Of a stretch of DNA of 64,000 nucleotides, positions 37,346 to 48,555 are shown one piece after another (position 1 is the stretch's first letter; each line of letters begins with the position of its first letter). Made by a program: the position numbers and the translations under genes. The notes beneath the pieces are model-generated. The model ran no database searches. It had not been told where the DNA came from and was given only the letters and a program-made list of their open reading frames with translations. The DNA comes from Saprospira sp. CCB-QB6 (GTDB lineage Bacteria > Bacteroidota > Bacteroidia > Chitinophagales > Saprospiraceae): assembly GCF_028464065.1 (NCBI RefSeq), contig NZ_CP116808.1, positions 1,327,886 to 1,391,885 of the forward strand, given 5' to 3'.

Positions 37346-38752
37346 ATGAAAGTTGAACAGCTGTATACTGGATGTCTCGCACAAGGTGCCTACTATATTG
37401 AATCTGAAGGCGAAGCGGCTATCATTGACCCCCTTCGTGAAACTGCCCCTTATTTGGAAATGGCCGAAGAGCGTGGCGCAAAGATCAAATACATCTTGGA
37501 AACTCACTTTCATGCCGACTTTGTTTCTGGTCATATCGATCTAGCTAAGAAATCGGGCGCTCAAATTGTCTTTGGCCCCAAAGCAGAAACTGGCTACGAC
37601 GCTTATGTCGCTAAAGATAATGAGGAGTTGAAGCTTGGAAAGTTGCGCATCAAAGTATTGCACACTCCTGGCCACACTCAAGAGTCTAGCAGTTTCCTTC
37701 TGCTTGATGAAGAAGGCGAACAACTCGCCATCTTTACTGGTGATACTCTATTTATTGGAGATGTTGGACGCCCTGACCTCGCCATTAAATCAGATGTTAC
37801 TATGGACGATTTGGCTGGCATGCTCTACGACTCGCTTCACAATAAAATCATGCCCCTAAACGACGATCTCATCGTTTATCCTGGCCATGGCGCTGGCTCT
37901 GCCTGCGGTAAAAATATGTCTAAAGAAACTTATGCTACTTTGGGCAACCAAAAAGAGTTTAACTACGCACTACAACCCATGAGCCGCCAAGAATTCATCA
38001 CTAAAGTAACTGCGGGCTTGGCTACGCCTCCCCAATACTTTGGCTATAACGCTATGATGAATAAAGCTGGTTACAATAGCTTCGATGAAGCCCTCGCCCA
38101 AGGAACTACTCCCCTAGATATAGAAGCCTTCAAAGCAGAAATGGCAAAAGGAACCCTTATCCTCGATACCCGCCATCAAGATGTCTTTGAAAAAGGATAT
38201 ATCCCTGGCGCAATTAGCATCGGCCTAGATGGTAATTTCGCTCCCTGGGTAGGCGCTATGATCGTAAACCTCCAACGCCCTATCTTACTGATCGTGCAAG
38301 AAGGCCGCGAAGAAGAAGCCGTTACTCGCTTGGCTCGCGTAGGCTACGACAATGTGGTCGGCTTCCTTAAAGGTGGACTAGATGCCTGGACTGCCGCAGG
38401 AGAAGATGTTGCCACCGTAAAAACTATTCCCGCTACCGAATTGGCCCAACTGATCGCCAAGGAAGATGACTTAAAGGTAATTGATGTCCGCAATGAAGGA
38501 GAATTTATCTCTGAACACCTTCTCGCCGCGACCAACTACCCCCTAGCCGAAATGGCTAAACAAGTAGAGGATCTGGACAAAAAAGCAACTTACTATGTCC
38601 ACTGTGCCGGTGGATACCGCTCAATGATCGCCTCTGCCGTACTCCAAAATATGGGCTTCGAAAATATTATTAACGTAGCCGGCGGCTTTACAGCCATCAG
38701 CGAAACAGATGCGCCCAAAAGTGACTACGTTTGCCCTTCTACCCTACTCTAA
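37346..38752 (+). CDS. persulfide dioxygenase (ETHE1-like MBL fold) fused to two rhodanese domains (CstB-like)
   Basis: N-terminal MBL motif ETHFHADFVSGH...HTPGHT; C-terminal rhodanese active-site Cys in YVHCAGGYRS. Confidence 0.7.
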   Translation: MKVEQLYTGCLAQGAYYIESEGEAAIIDPLRETAPYLEMAEERGAKIKYILETHFHADFVSGHIDLAKKSGAQIVFGPKAETGYDAYVAKDNEELKLGKLRIKVLHTPGHTQESSSFLLLDEEGEQLAIFTGDTLFIGDVGRPDLAIKSDVTMDDLAGMLYDSLHNKIMPLNDDLIVYPGHGAGSACGKNMSKETYATLGNQKEFNYALQPMSRQEFITKVTAGLATPPQYFGYNAMMNKAGYNSFDEALAQGTTPLDIEAFKAEMAKGTLILDTRHQDVFEKGYIPGAISIGLDGNFAPWVGAMIVNLQRPILLIVQEGREEEAVTRLARVGYDNVVGFLKGGLDAWTAAGEDVATVKTIPATELAQLIAKEDDLKVIDVRNEGEFISEHLLAATNYPLAEMAKQVEDLDKKATYYVHCAGGYRSMIASAVLQNMGFENIINVAGGFTAISETDAPKSDYVCPSTLL

Positions 38753-38864
38753 CACAACCATAGAGCACACCCAATTATACAACTATCACCACTAAAGAAA
38801 AGCGCCTAAACCAGCAGGCAACTAGCTGGTTTAGCGCCTTTTTCTAGCTAAATTTCAATTCATC

Positions 38865-39470
38865 ATGTTCTTATTTGCGCAAGATGTTACAGAGATGTTG
38901 TCCCAACCTTGGCCCTGGTATGTGGCCGGGGCAATGATTGTCCTCGTTATGCAACTCCTCGTTTTTAACGGCAAATCCTTTGGCGTTTCCGCTAGCATGC
39001 GCGCCGCTTGCTCCGCTATGGGCGCAGGCAAAAGTGTCTCTTTCTTCGATTTTGACTGGAAAGGAAGCCAAGGATGGAATATGCTCTTTATCATCGGTGC
39101 CGCTATCGGAGGTTTTATCTCTATGCAGTTTATCTCTGGCAGCGAACCTATGGAACTAGGTGCCAGAACGATTGAATACGTAGAAAGCATCGGTTTCTCC
39201 GCCCCCACAGCAACAAACGGTAAAACCAACCTCTTGCCCCAAGAAATTAGTGACCCCAATTTTGTCTTCTCCGCTAAAGGCCTGTTTATTCTCATCTTTG
39301 GTGGACTCCTTATCGGATTTGGCGCCCGCTATGCCGGCGGCTGTACCTCTGGCCACGCAATTAGCGGCCTGTCTCAACTCCAAATCCCTTCTCTTATCGC
39401 TGTAATCGGCTTCTTTATCGGCGGCCTAACAATGACTTACTTTATCCTGCCACTACTTTTTGGCGCCTAA
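38865..39470 (+). CDS. YeeE/YedE-family sulfur-compound transporter, N-terminal half
   Basis: Family signature YAGGCTSGHAISG. Confidence 0.7.
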   Translation: MFLFAQDVTEMLSQPWPWYVAGAMIVLVMQLLVFNGKSFGVSASMRAACSAMGAGKSVSFFDFDWKGSQGWNMLFIIGAAIGGFISMQFISGSEPMELGARTIEYVESIGFSAPTATNGKTNLLPQEISDPNFVFSAKGLFILIFGGLLIGFGARYAGGCTSGHAISGLSQLQIPSLIAVIGFFIGGLTMTYFILPLLFGA

Positions 39471-39897
39471 ATCTACCTATGCTATGAAGTTTGTAAAATA
39501 TCTAGGTCTGGGCATCCTCTTTGGCGTGGTCATGACCAAATCAGAAGCCGTTTCTTGGTACAGAATCCAAGAGATGTTCCTCTTCGATAATTTTCACATG
39601 TACGGAATGATCGGCACCGCCGTCATCCTCGGTATTATCACTACCGCCCTAATCAAAGCACTCAAGCTGCAAACCTTTAAGGGCGAAGAAATTAAGTTCC
39701 ACCCCAAAAATATGTCTATTCCTCGCTACCTCATCGGTGGCATTATCTTCGGCCTCGGCTGGTCCATGACCGGCGCCTGCCCCGGCCCAATGTATACCCT
39801 ACTCGGCCAAGGCTATTGGGCCGTACTCATTATTATCGCTTCTGCCCTAGTCGGTACTTACCTATACGGCGCCCTGCGCTCCAAATTACCGCACTAG
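39460..39897 (+). CDS. YeeE/YedE-family sulfur-compound transporter, C-terminal half
   Basis: Second conserved Cys motif MTGACPG; overlaps the upstream gene by 11 nt (translational coupling). Confidence 0.7.
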   Translation: MAPKSTYAMKFVKYLGLGILFGVVMTKSEAVSWYRIQEMFLFDNFHMYGMIGTAVILGIITTALIKALKLQTFKGEEIKFHPKNMSIPRYLIGGIIFGLGWSMTGACPGPMYTLLGQGYWAVLIIIASALVGTYLYGALRSKLPH

Positions 39898-40054
39898 TCC
39901 GCATATAATTTAGCTAGTTGTTTGGACCGGACGACTAGTCTAGGAGGGGAAATCGGTCTGGCTCATCTTCTTTTATAGAGGATGGGCCTTTTATTTTTCC
40001 TCCCTAGCCTAAACTTTTGCCTCAAAAGTTCCTTAACTTTGACAGCAATACATC

Positions 40055-40281
40055 CACTTTAGGGGTGTTTAGTTTTTTTTTAGGGGCCTCCCGCCTGCGG
40101 CGGGCGCTACGTTGCGGGGCTCGCTATTCGCTCGGCCCTTCGCAGGCTTCGCCTGCTCGGTCTGGCCTACGGCCACCCCTCCACATCGCTAGGCCAATAA
40201 CGCCCAGCCACTAAGCAAAAACTAAACTGAGAATAGACCCTTATCACCTGATGCAGCTCATACTGCCGTAGGGAAAAGTGC
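40055..40281 (+). promoter_or_regulatory. TPP (thiamine pyrophosphate) riboswitch with a REP element inside the P3 loop
   Basis: AGGGGUG at 40061-40067. The 3' core CUGAGAAUAGACCCUUAUCACCUGAUGCAGCUCAUACUGCCGUAGGGAA (40227-40275) is near-identical to the thiM consensus CUGAGAAAUACCCGUAUCACCUGAUCUGGAUAAUGCCAGCGUAGGGAA. P1 is CACUUU/AAAGUG. P3 is UUUAGUUUUU/AAAAACUAAA flanking the inserted repeat. Confidence 0.8.
40078..40205 (+). repeat. REP/MITE-like element copy located inside the TPP-riboswitch P3 loop
   Basis: TTTTAGGGGCCTCCCGCCTGCGGCGGGCGCTACG...GCTCGCTATTCGCTCGGCCCTTCG...GGTCTGGCC; near-identical to 18060-18200. Confidence 0.7.
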
Positions 40282-40346
40282 CGTCCTCTCTCTTCAGGAT
40301 AGCCATACCTATGCCAGCCAAGAGCCGCCTAAGCCATAGAAATCCT

Positions 40347-40562
40347 ATGCCGAACGCTATCCAAATTTATCTCAATGGCCAAGCCATGAGCTGCCCCACA
40401 AATTATAGCCTCTTCCAACTCCTCCAACAATTAAATAAAGAAGAGGAAGGCGGCCTCGCCCTCGCCCTCAATCAAGAGGTCATCCCCAAAGCCCTCTGGG
40501 CCAACACTTTTCTAAACGACCAAGATCGCGTTTTACTCATTACGGCTACCCAAGGCGGTTAG
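40347..40562 (+). CDS. thiS: ThiS sulfur-carrier protein (70 aa, C-terminal GG); the ORF track start at 40278 is probably too early
   Basis: Ends ...LLITATQGG; lies between the riboswitch and thiC. Confidence 0.65.
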   Translation: MPNAIQIYLNGQAMSCPTNYSLFQLLQQLNKEEEGGLALALNQEVIPKALWANTFLNDQDRVLLITATQGG

Positions 40563-40581
40563 CCCCAATTTGCTATGCTAA

Positions 40582-42465
<1,884 letters not shown>

Positions 42466-42477
42466 AGATAGCTCCCC

Positions 42478-42656
42478 GCCCCTTCTGCGGGCTTCGCCCG
42501 CAGAAAAGGAGCGCAGCGACTGGCTGAGGGATGGTAGGCAGTGGCCCAAAGGGCCAGACCAAAGGCTTTTGAAGTGAAGCGAAAAAGCCTGAAGGGCCGA
42601 ACGAACAGCGAGCTGCCGAACAGCCCGACCCGCCCGCAGGGCGGGGCAGCCCCAAA
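42478..42656 (-). repeat. REP/MITE-like element copy inside the thi operon (between thiC and tenI-like)
   Basis: GGCTGAGGGATGGTAGGCAGTGGCCCAAAGGGCCAGACC...AGCGAGCTGCCGAACAGCCCGACCCGCCCGCAGGGCGGGGCAGCCCCAAA. Confidence 0.7.
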
Positions 42657-42668
42657 TCATTCATCTAA

Positions 42669-43343
42669 TTGTTAAAGGCCTCTACTATGGGGCCTTTGGC
42701 TTTTGAAATAGAAAAAATGAAGATCAGATTATTGACACATCCCGAGCTCTTGACGGATGAAATACAACTTATCAATGCCCTTTTTGCAGAGGGTCTAGCC
42801 TGTCTCAATTTGCGTAAGCCCAATTTTACGGCCCAGCAATATGAGGACTTTCTGGCCCAAATTGATGCCCAATACCACCCCAAAATTATTTTGCACGACC
42901 ATTATGAACTCTGCGATAAATATAAGGTGCAGGGGATTCATTTGGGCGAGGCCCGCCGCCGCAGTTATAGCCCAGAAGAACTCTTGGCCCTCCGCCAAAA
43001 GCTCCAAAAAGCAGGCTTGGCCCTAGGCTCTTCGGTACATGAACGCAGCACTTTAGACGAATTGGCCCCCAAGCATTTCGATTATATTTTTGTGAGTCCC
43101 GTCTTTAGCTCGATCTCTAAGCAAGGCTATGGCCCCAAAGAAGATTGGAGCATTAGCCCCTACAAGGACCAATATGATTTTAGCCTTGTGGGCTTGGGCG
43201 GCATTGATTTGGACAGCCTAGCTGCCGCCGCCGAAAAAGGCTTTGAAGAAGTAGGCGCTCTAGGCTCCGTTTGGCTCAAAGGCGAGGCCGCCCCCGCCTA
43301 TTTTGCTAAAATGCTTGCAGCATGTCAGGCCCTTTTGTCTTAA
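42669..43343 (+). CDS. ThiE/TenI-family protein (probable TenI-like thiazole tautomerase or second TMP synthase)
   Basis: GIHLGE...SSVH...DYIFVSPVFSSISK...GLGGI motifs of the TMP-synthase/TenI fold. Confidence 0.55.
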   Translation: MLKASTMGPLAFEIEKMKIRLLTHPELLTDEIQLINALFAEGLACLNLRKPNFTAQQYEDFLAQIDAQYHPKIILHDHYELCDKYKVQGIHLGEARRRSYSPEELLALRQKLQKAGLALGSSVHERSTLDELAPKHFDYIFVSPVFSSISKQGYGPKEDWSISPYKDQYDFSLVGLGGIDLDSLAAAAEKGFEEVGALGSVWLKGEAAPAYFAKMLAACQALLS

Positions 43344-44083
43344 GTATTGCGGGTTTTGATCCCTCTGCAGGGGCCGGCCTTTTGGCCGATATCAAAACCT
43401 TTGAACAGCTGGGCGTCTATGGCCTCTCGGTTTGTAGCGCCCAAACCATACAACGGCCCGGCTGCTTTGCCGATTTGCGCTGGACCGAAGCCGATTGGGT
43501 GGAGCGACAACTGGCCTTTTTGCTACAAAGCTATACGCCCAAGGCCGTGAAAATCGGCATTATTGGAGACTTGGCCCTTTTGGGTCGCCTCTTGGACCAA
43601 CTAGCGGCCTTGGCCGCTCCGCCCCTGATTGTTTGGGACCCCGTGCTTAGTGCCTCTGCGGGTTTTGACTTTCAGCAGGCCGATGCTTTTGAAGACCTCA
43701 AAGCACTGATTGAGCGAGTGGATGTTTTTATGCCCAATCGCCAAGAGCTAGAGCGCCTTTGGCCCAAACAATCGCCCTTAGCCGTGGCCCAAAGCATTAG
43801 CCAACAAACGGCTTTATTGCTTAAAGGGGGACATGATCCCCAAGCGAAGGGATTGGACCAACTCTTTTTGGCGGGCGAGCTAGCCGCTCAATGGCCCCCC
43901 AAAATGATTGCTCCCCAAGACAAGCATGGAACAGGTTGCGTGCTTTCCTCTGCCCTAACCGCCTTTTTGGCCCTAGGGCTCCCCTTAACCACAGCCTTTG
44001 GAAAAGCCAAAGACTACAACCTTCAATTTATGAACAGCCAGCCCTCTCTGCTCGGTTGGCACAGGAGCTATCAAGATGAGTAA
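43322..44083 (+). CDS. thiD: hydroxymethylpyrimidine/phosphomethylpyrimidine kinase ThiD
   Basis: VLSIAGFDPSAGAGLLADIKTF N-terminal signature; C-terminal GTGCxLSSA. Confidence 0.75.
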   Translation: MSGPFVLSIAGFDPSAGAGLLADIKTFEQLGVYGLSVCSAQTIQRPGCFADLRWTEADWVERQLAFLLQSYTPKAVKIGIIGDLALLGRLLDQLAALAAPPLIVWDPVLSASAGFDFQQADAFEDLKALIERVDVFMPNRQELERLWPKQSPLAVAQSISQQTALLLKGGHDPQAKGLDQLFLAGELAAQWPPKMIAPQDKHGTGCVLSSALTAFLALGLPLTTAFGKAKDYNLQFMNSQPSLLGWHRSYQDE

Positions 44084-44732
44084 AAAAGAAATTGCCGCCT
44101 TACAATATGTGAGTAGCGGGCAGCGAATACAAGAACATCTGGACCAAATTGCAGATTTTCTGGCGGCAGGTGGCCGCTGGGTTCAACTTCGCCTCAAAGA
44201 AGTGAGCCAGGCCGATTATTTGGCCGCTGGAAAAACCGCCCGCGCTATCTGCGATCAGCATCAGGCCCAACTCATTATTAACGACCAAATTGAGGTGGCC
44301 CAAGCCGTAGCCGCCGATGGCCTACACCTAGGCCGTAGCGATATGCCCTTGGAGGAAGCTAGGGCCATTCTGGGCCCAGGTTTTATTTTGGGCGGCACCG
44401 CCAATAGCTGGGAAGATATTCAGGAGGTTTATTTGGCTGGAGCCGATTATATTGGGCTGGGCCCCTTCCGATTTACCCCCACCAAAAAGAAATTAAGCCC
44501 TATTTTGGGCATGAAAGGCTATCGCGAACGGCTGCAACAACTAGAGCGCAAGGGCTGGGAGATTCCCATGGTCGGTATTGGCGGCATTAAGCTAGCCGAT
44601 ATAGAAGGCTTATTGCGGACTGGTCTGCATGGGGTGGCCCTTTCTGGCCTAATTAACCAAACGACAGACAAAAAGACCCTAGTCAAAACAATTTATCAAC
44701 TTTTGGAAATGGCCCCTAGCGGGTATAAATGA
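44076..44732 (+). CDS. thiE: thiamine-phosphate synthase ThiE
   Basis: LQYVSSGQ...VQLRLKE...INDQIEVA...DGLHLG...[13 protein letters not shown]...VGIGGI. Confidence 0.75.
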   Translation: MSKKEIAALQYVSSGQRIQEHLDQIADFLAAGGRWVQLRLKEVSQADYLAAGKTARAICDQHQAQLIINDQIEVAQAVAADGLHLGRSDMPLEEARAILGPGFILGGTANSWEDIQEVYLAGADYIGLGPFRFTPTKKKLSPILGMKGYRERLQQLERKGWEIPMVGIGGIKLADIEGLLRTGLHGVALSGLINQTTDKKTLVKTIYQLLEMAPSGYK

Positions 44733-45511
44733 AGATAGGCATGGATACATTAAAAATTGCCGATAAGGAATTTAACTCAAGATTATTTACGGGCACAGGC
44801 AAGTTTGCCTCTTCTGCCCTGATGCGGGAGGCCCTTTTGGCCTCTGGTTCGGAGCTGGTCACGGTGGCCCTCAAGCGGATGAATGTGGAGAAGTCAGAGG
44901 ACCCTATTGTGGACCAGCTCGATGCACCGCATATCCACCTTTTGCCCAATACCTCTGGCGCGCGCACGGCCGAGGAGGCCATTTTTGCGGCCCAATTGGC
45001 CAGAGAAGCCTTGGGGACCAACTGGTTGAAACTCGAAATTCATCCAGATCCCAAATACTTGATGCCCGATCCCATCGAGACCCTCAAAGCTGCCGAAAAG
45101 CTCGTCAAATTGGGCTTTGTGGTCCTGCCCTACATCCATGCTGATCCCGTGCTTTGCAAGCGCTTGGAAGAGGTAGGCGTGGCTGCCGTCATGCCTTTGG
45201 GCTCGCCAATTGGGAGTAATAAGGGCCTGAGAACCCTAGATTTCCTAGAGATTATCATTGAGCAAAGTCAGCTGCCCGTGGTGGTCGATGCGGGTATCGG
45301 TAGCCCTTCTGATGCCGCCAAAGCCCTAGAAATGGGGGCCGATGCGGTTTTGGTCAATACCGCTATTGCCGCCGCTCAAGACCCAGTAGAAATGGCCAAA
45401 GCCTTTAAATTGGGCGTTATGGCGGGGCGCATGGCCTTTGAGGCCCGCCTAGCCGAGCAGCGCATGGGGGCCGAGGCCAGCAGTCCCTTGACCTCCTTCC
45501 TTGGCGATTAA
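44729..45511 (+). CDS. thiG: thiazole synthase ThiG
   Basis: [20 protein letters not shown]-terminal signature and (beta/alpha)8 ThiG core. Confidence 0.8.
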   Translation: MKIGMDTLKIADKEFNSRLFTGTGKFASSALMREALLASGSELVTVALKRMNVEKSEDPIVDQLDAPHIHLLPNTSGARTAEEAIFAAQLAREALGTNWLKLEIHPDPKYLMPDPIETLKAAEKLVKLGFVVLPYIHADPVLCKRLEEVGVAAVMPLGSPIGSNKGLRTLDFLEIIIEQSQLPVVVDAGIGSPSDAAKALEMGADAVLVNTAIAAAQDPVEMAKAFKLGVMAGRMAFEARLAEQRMGAEASSPLTSFLGD

Positions 45512-45567
45512 GCGCCCATCAACAACATTTAGCAAGCCCTACTATTCTTGGATAGTGGGGCTTTTCT

Positions 45568-45750
45568 TATTGCTATTTTGGGGCCTGCCGCCTTCGGCGG
45601 CCGGGCCCTTGCAGGGCTCGCAGGGCTGCTCGGCCCTTCAGCCCTTCGGGCTTCGGTCTGGCCTGACGGCCACCCTTTCAGGCCCCTAGGCCGTTTGGCC
45701 TTCGGCCATTTGCGGCGGCTTCGCCGCCTGCTATCTGTCGGTCTAGACCT
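45568..45750 (+). repeat. REP/MITE-like element copy (long form; tail CGCCGCCTGCTATCTGT as in copy 1)
   Basis: TTTTGGGGCCTGCCGCCTTCGGCGGCCGGG...GCTCGGCCC...GGTCTGGCC...CGGCGGCTTCGCCGCCTGCTATCTGT. Confidence 0.7.
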
Positions 45751-45792
45751 AGCCTAAATACCTGCCTGCTATCTCCTATATGATATGGATAC

Positions 45793-45870
45793 CTGTGGGT
45801 TAAAACCCACAGCAACCAAAGCGGCTATACTGGGCGCAATAAAAATGAGCCGATGGTTAAAACCATCGGC
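45793..45870. other. two hairpins with a conserved GG-TTAAAA-CC loop and covarying stems (CTGTGGG-TTAAAA-CCCACAG at 45793-45812; GCCGATGG-TTAAAA-CCATCGGC at 45849-45870)
   Basis: Same architecture as hairpins at 382-399 (TGTAGG-TTAAAA-CCTACA) and 432-455 (GCATGAGGG-TTAACA-CCCTCATGC). Confidence 0.6.
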
Positions 45871-45930
45871 CCATAACGAATGCTAATACAAGCAGAGACT
45901 GTTAAAAATTTTGTGTGCGCCCTTTCCTGC

Positions 45931-46094
45931 GCCTAGGGACAAGCCCCTAGGCTAACTTTTTCAGACAGCCCTCTAAAGAGGGCCTTTGGATAAGGACCTG
46001 CTCTGCAATAACTATTTAGCAAAGCCGTATATATCAGCCTTTGAGGCCCTTTAGGGCGGACTCCATTGGATTCGCCTAGGGGCTTGTCCCTAGG
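45931..46094. repeat. 22-bp inverted repeats (GCCTAGGGACAAGCCCCTAGGC at 45931-45952 and GCCTAGGGGCTTGTCCCTAGGC at 46073-46094) flanking a 120-bp segment
   Basis: The two arms are exact reverse complements of each other. Confidence 0.6.
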
Positions 46095-46257
46095 CAATTA
46101 TTGGCTGAATCCTAACAAGCTAAAGACCAAAATTTTATTCTAATACACAAAATCCTGAACAGTCTCACCTTCTCTGCAATAATCCCTTACCTAAACTTAG
46201 GTAAGCTAATTGACAGACATCTAATTGCTTACTCCAGTTGGAATGCCCTAGTTGACA

Positions 46258-46446
46258 GAGATCAAGGCCTTTAGGCGGTTTAGCAGGCGGCGAAGCCGCC
46301 TGCAAAGGAGCGAAGCGACTTGGCCTAGCGATGCGGAGGGGTGGCCGTCAGGCCAGACCGAGGCGCCACAGGCGCCGAAGGGCCGAGCAGCCCTGCGAGC
46401 CCTGAAGCGTAGCGCCTGCAGCTTTGCTGCAGGAGGCCCCTCAAAA
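46258..46446 (-). repeat. REP/MITE-like element copy (reverse)
   Basis: GCGGAGGGGTGGCCGTCAGGCCAGACCGAGGCGCC...GAAGGGCCGAGCAGCCCTGCGAGCCC...GGCCCCTCAAAAAA. Confidence 0.65.
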
Positions 46447-46503
46447 AACAAAAAGGCCCAAAACCGAAGTTCAGGGCCTTTTCAGGAGAAAATTGATTAG
46501 GAA

Positions 46504-48519
46504 TTAGTTGATCCCGTGCATCCAGCGTTTCACCACTCCAGAGAGGAGGATGAGGAGGACACCGCCACCAACGGCAACAAAACCAAGAATCATAAATACG
46601 TTGATACAGATCACTAGTGTATCCTCGGCCACTGTTTTGGATACAGCGGCATTGGGGCTAGCGGCCATCATCTCTTCGATTTGATCTTTGGGGAACTGCT
46701 TAGGCTCTTCTGTTTTGAGGCTAGCATCGGTAGAGAGGAAGCTAATTTTTGCCTTTTTGATGAGGCCTTCTTTATAGAGGCCCTCTTCTTGTTTGGCGGC
46801 TTCTTCCATGATTGCTTTATCGGCAACGGTAACGGCATGATACTTCTCGCCATTTTTGTTGAGTTCCTTAATGAAGAAATCGCTAAGGACAAACTCTTGG
46901 ACCGAGTGTGTTTCTGTGGCGTCTTCGGCGGTAAAGCCGAGTTCCTTCATTTTGGTCGTATCTTTAGAGCTACCTACATACATTTTGTAGACCTCTTTAT
47001 TGGCGAGCATGGCAGTTTTGATATCATCATTCTCCATGCTATTGTTGAAGCGTTCTAGGCGTTCGGTTTCCACCATTAGCTCAGACATATCGACATTAGT
47101 CATCTGGGCAATTTTGGCCCCTGCCAAGTGAGCGAAAGAGGTAGACATCAGCCAGAAGCCCATGATAAAGCCCACCACTTTGGCGGGAGAGAGCTTAGTT
47201 ACTAGAGAGAGGCCCACAGGAGAGAGGGCTAGTTCGCCCAAAGTGTGGAGGAGGTACAAAAGGGCCATAAAGATAGCGGGGATCATCCCTGCGGTGGCCA
47301 TCCCTTCTCCGAGTTTGAGGACCAAGAAACCGGCCCCCAAAAGAACGAGAGCGATACCGAACTTCACGGGAGCAGCGGGTTCCTTCTTTGCTTTAGCCAA
47401 CTGAATCCACATAAAGGAGAAAACAGGGGCAAACATCATGATATAAAGTGGGTTGAGCGACTGGAACATGGTAGTAGTCAGGAAGCTCGTTTTGGCCACA
47501 TTATTATCGGTAAATACGGTAAGGGCACTACCCGCTAGCTCGAAGAAGGTCCAGAAAATAATAGTAAAGAAGAAGAGCGTAAGCACTACCCAGAGGCGTT
47601 CTCTTTGGACCTTTTCATAGCCTAGAGAAGTAAAGATCAGGTAGCCAATCATACCGCATCCCATGAGCAAAACGATAAGATCAAGTAGGCCATGGCTTTG
47701 GAGGAGGAACCAAACGAGGGGGACCACCACCAAGCTAATAATATAAATAGCCCAGTTGACAGGGAGTCCCAACAATTTGGGTGAGCTAGCATTTTCCTCT
47801 AGGGTATAAGAGGGTACCTCTTCATCACTTACCTCATCTTCAGTAGCTTCATGAGGGGCATAGCCTTTATCCTCTAGGACACCAGAGCGTTGGGCCATCC
47901 AGAAAATGATAAGGCCTAAAAGCATCCCTACACCGGCTAGAGAGAAACCCCAGTGCCAGCCTTCGATCTCTCCGACCACCCCACAGGTAAGGCCAGAAAG
48001 GAAAGCTCCGATATTGATCCCCATATAGAATAGGGTAAAGGCACCATCTCGGCGGGGGTCTGTTCTAGAGTAGAACTTACCAATCATACTCGAGATATTG
48101 GGCTTAAAGAAGCCATTACCGAGGATCAGCATAGCGAGGGCGGTAAGGAAAATATATTCATGTTCGAAAGCCATGAGGAAGTGGCCAATCATCATCAGGA
48201 TGGCTCCCCACATAATGGCTTTTCGGTAGCCCATAAAGCGCTCGGCTAATAATCCCCCGATTAGAGGTGTAGCGTATACCATAGAGCCGTAGGCCCCATA
48301 AACGCTATAGGCTTGGTCATAATCATATTCGAGCATACCTTTGGTCATATAAAGGACCAAGAGGGCACGCATACCGTAATAAGAAAAGCGCTCCCACATT
48401 TCCACAAAGAAAAGGTAGAAAAGAGCTTTGGGGTGGGCCTTGCGGTTCGTCATGATCACGAAAGCGATCCAAGCAATGCTAGCCACCCAAGCTATCGTCA
48501 TGATAGTATAAGGATGCAT
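46504..48519 (-). CDS. POT/PTR2-family proton-dependent di/tripeptide transporter with a large soluble insertion
   Basis: FVEMWERFSYYGMRALLVLYM (PTR2 signature 1) and 14 predicted TMs; 671 aa. Confidence 0.75.
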   Translation of the reverse strand: MHPYTIMTIAWVASIAWIAFVIMTNRKAHPKALFYLFFVEMWERFSYYGMRALLVLYMTKGMLEYDYDQAYSVYGAYGSMVYATPLIGGLLAERFMGYRKAIMWGAILMMIGHFLMAFEHEYIFLTALAMLILGNGFFKPNISSMIGKFYSRTDPRRDGAFTLFYMGINIGAFLSGLTCGVVGEIEGWHWGFSLAGVGMLLGLIIFWMAQRSGVLEDKGYAPHEATEDEVSDEEVPSYTLEENASSPKLLGLPVNWAIYIISLVVVPLVWFLLQSHGLLDLIVLLMGCGMIGYLIFTSLGYEKVQRERLWVVLTLFFFTIIFWTFFELAGSALTVFTDNNVAKTSFLTTTMFQSLNPLYIMMFAPVFSFMWIQLAKAKKEPAAPVKFGIALVLLGAGFLVLKLGEGMATAGMIPAIFMALLYLLHTLGELALSPVGLSLVTKLSPAKVVGFIMGFWLMSTSFAHLAGAKIAQMTNVDMSELMVETERLERFNNSMENDDIKTAMLANKEVYKMYVGSSKDTTKMKELGFTAEDATETHSVQEFVLSDFFIKELNKNGEKYHAVTVADKAIMEEAAKQEEGLYKEGLIKKAKISFLSTDASLKTEEPKQFPKDQIEEMMAASPNAAVSKTVAEDTLVICINVFMILGFVAVGGGVLLILLSGVVKRWMHGIN

Positions 48520-48555
48520 AGTTTAAAATAAGTAGGTTTGATAATGAAGTAGTTT

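Noticed and set aside
45760-46255. tmRNA, RNase P RNA or SRP RNA in the long gene-free region
   Set aside because: I looked for the conserved hallmarks: tmRNA tRNA-like ends and resume codon context, the RNase P GGAAAGUCCGG/ACAGAAA blocks, and the SRP GGUGCUGUUUACC...GGAAGCAGCC block. I found none.
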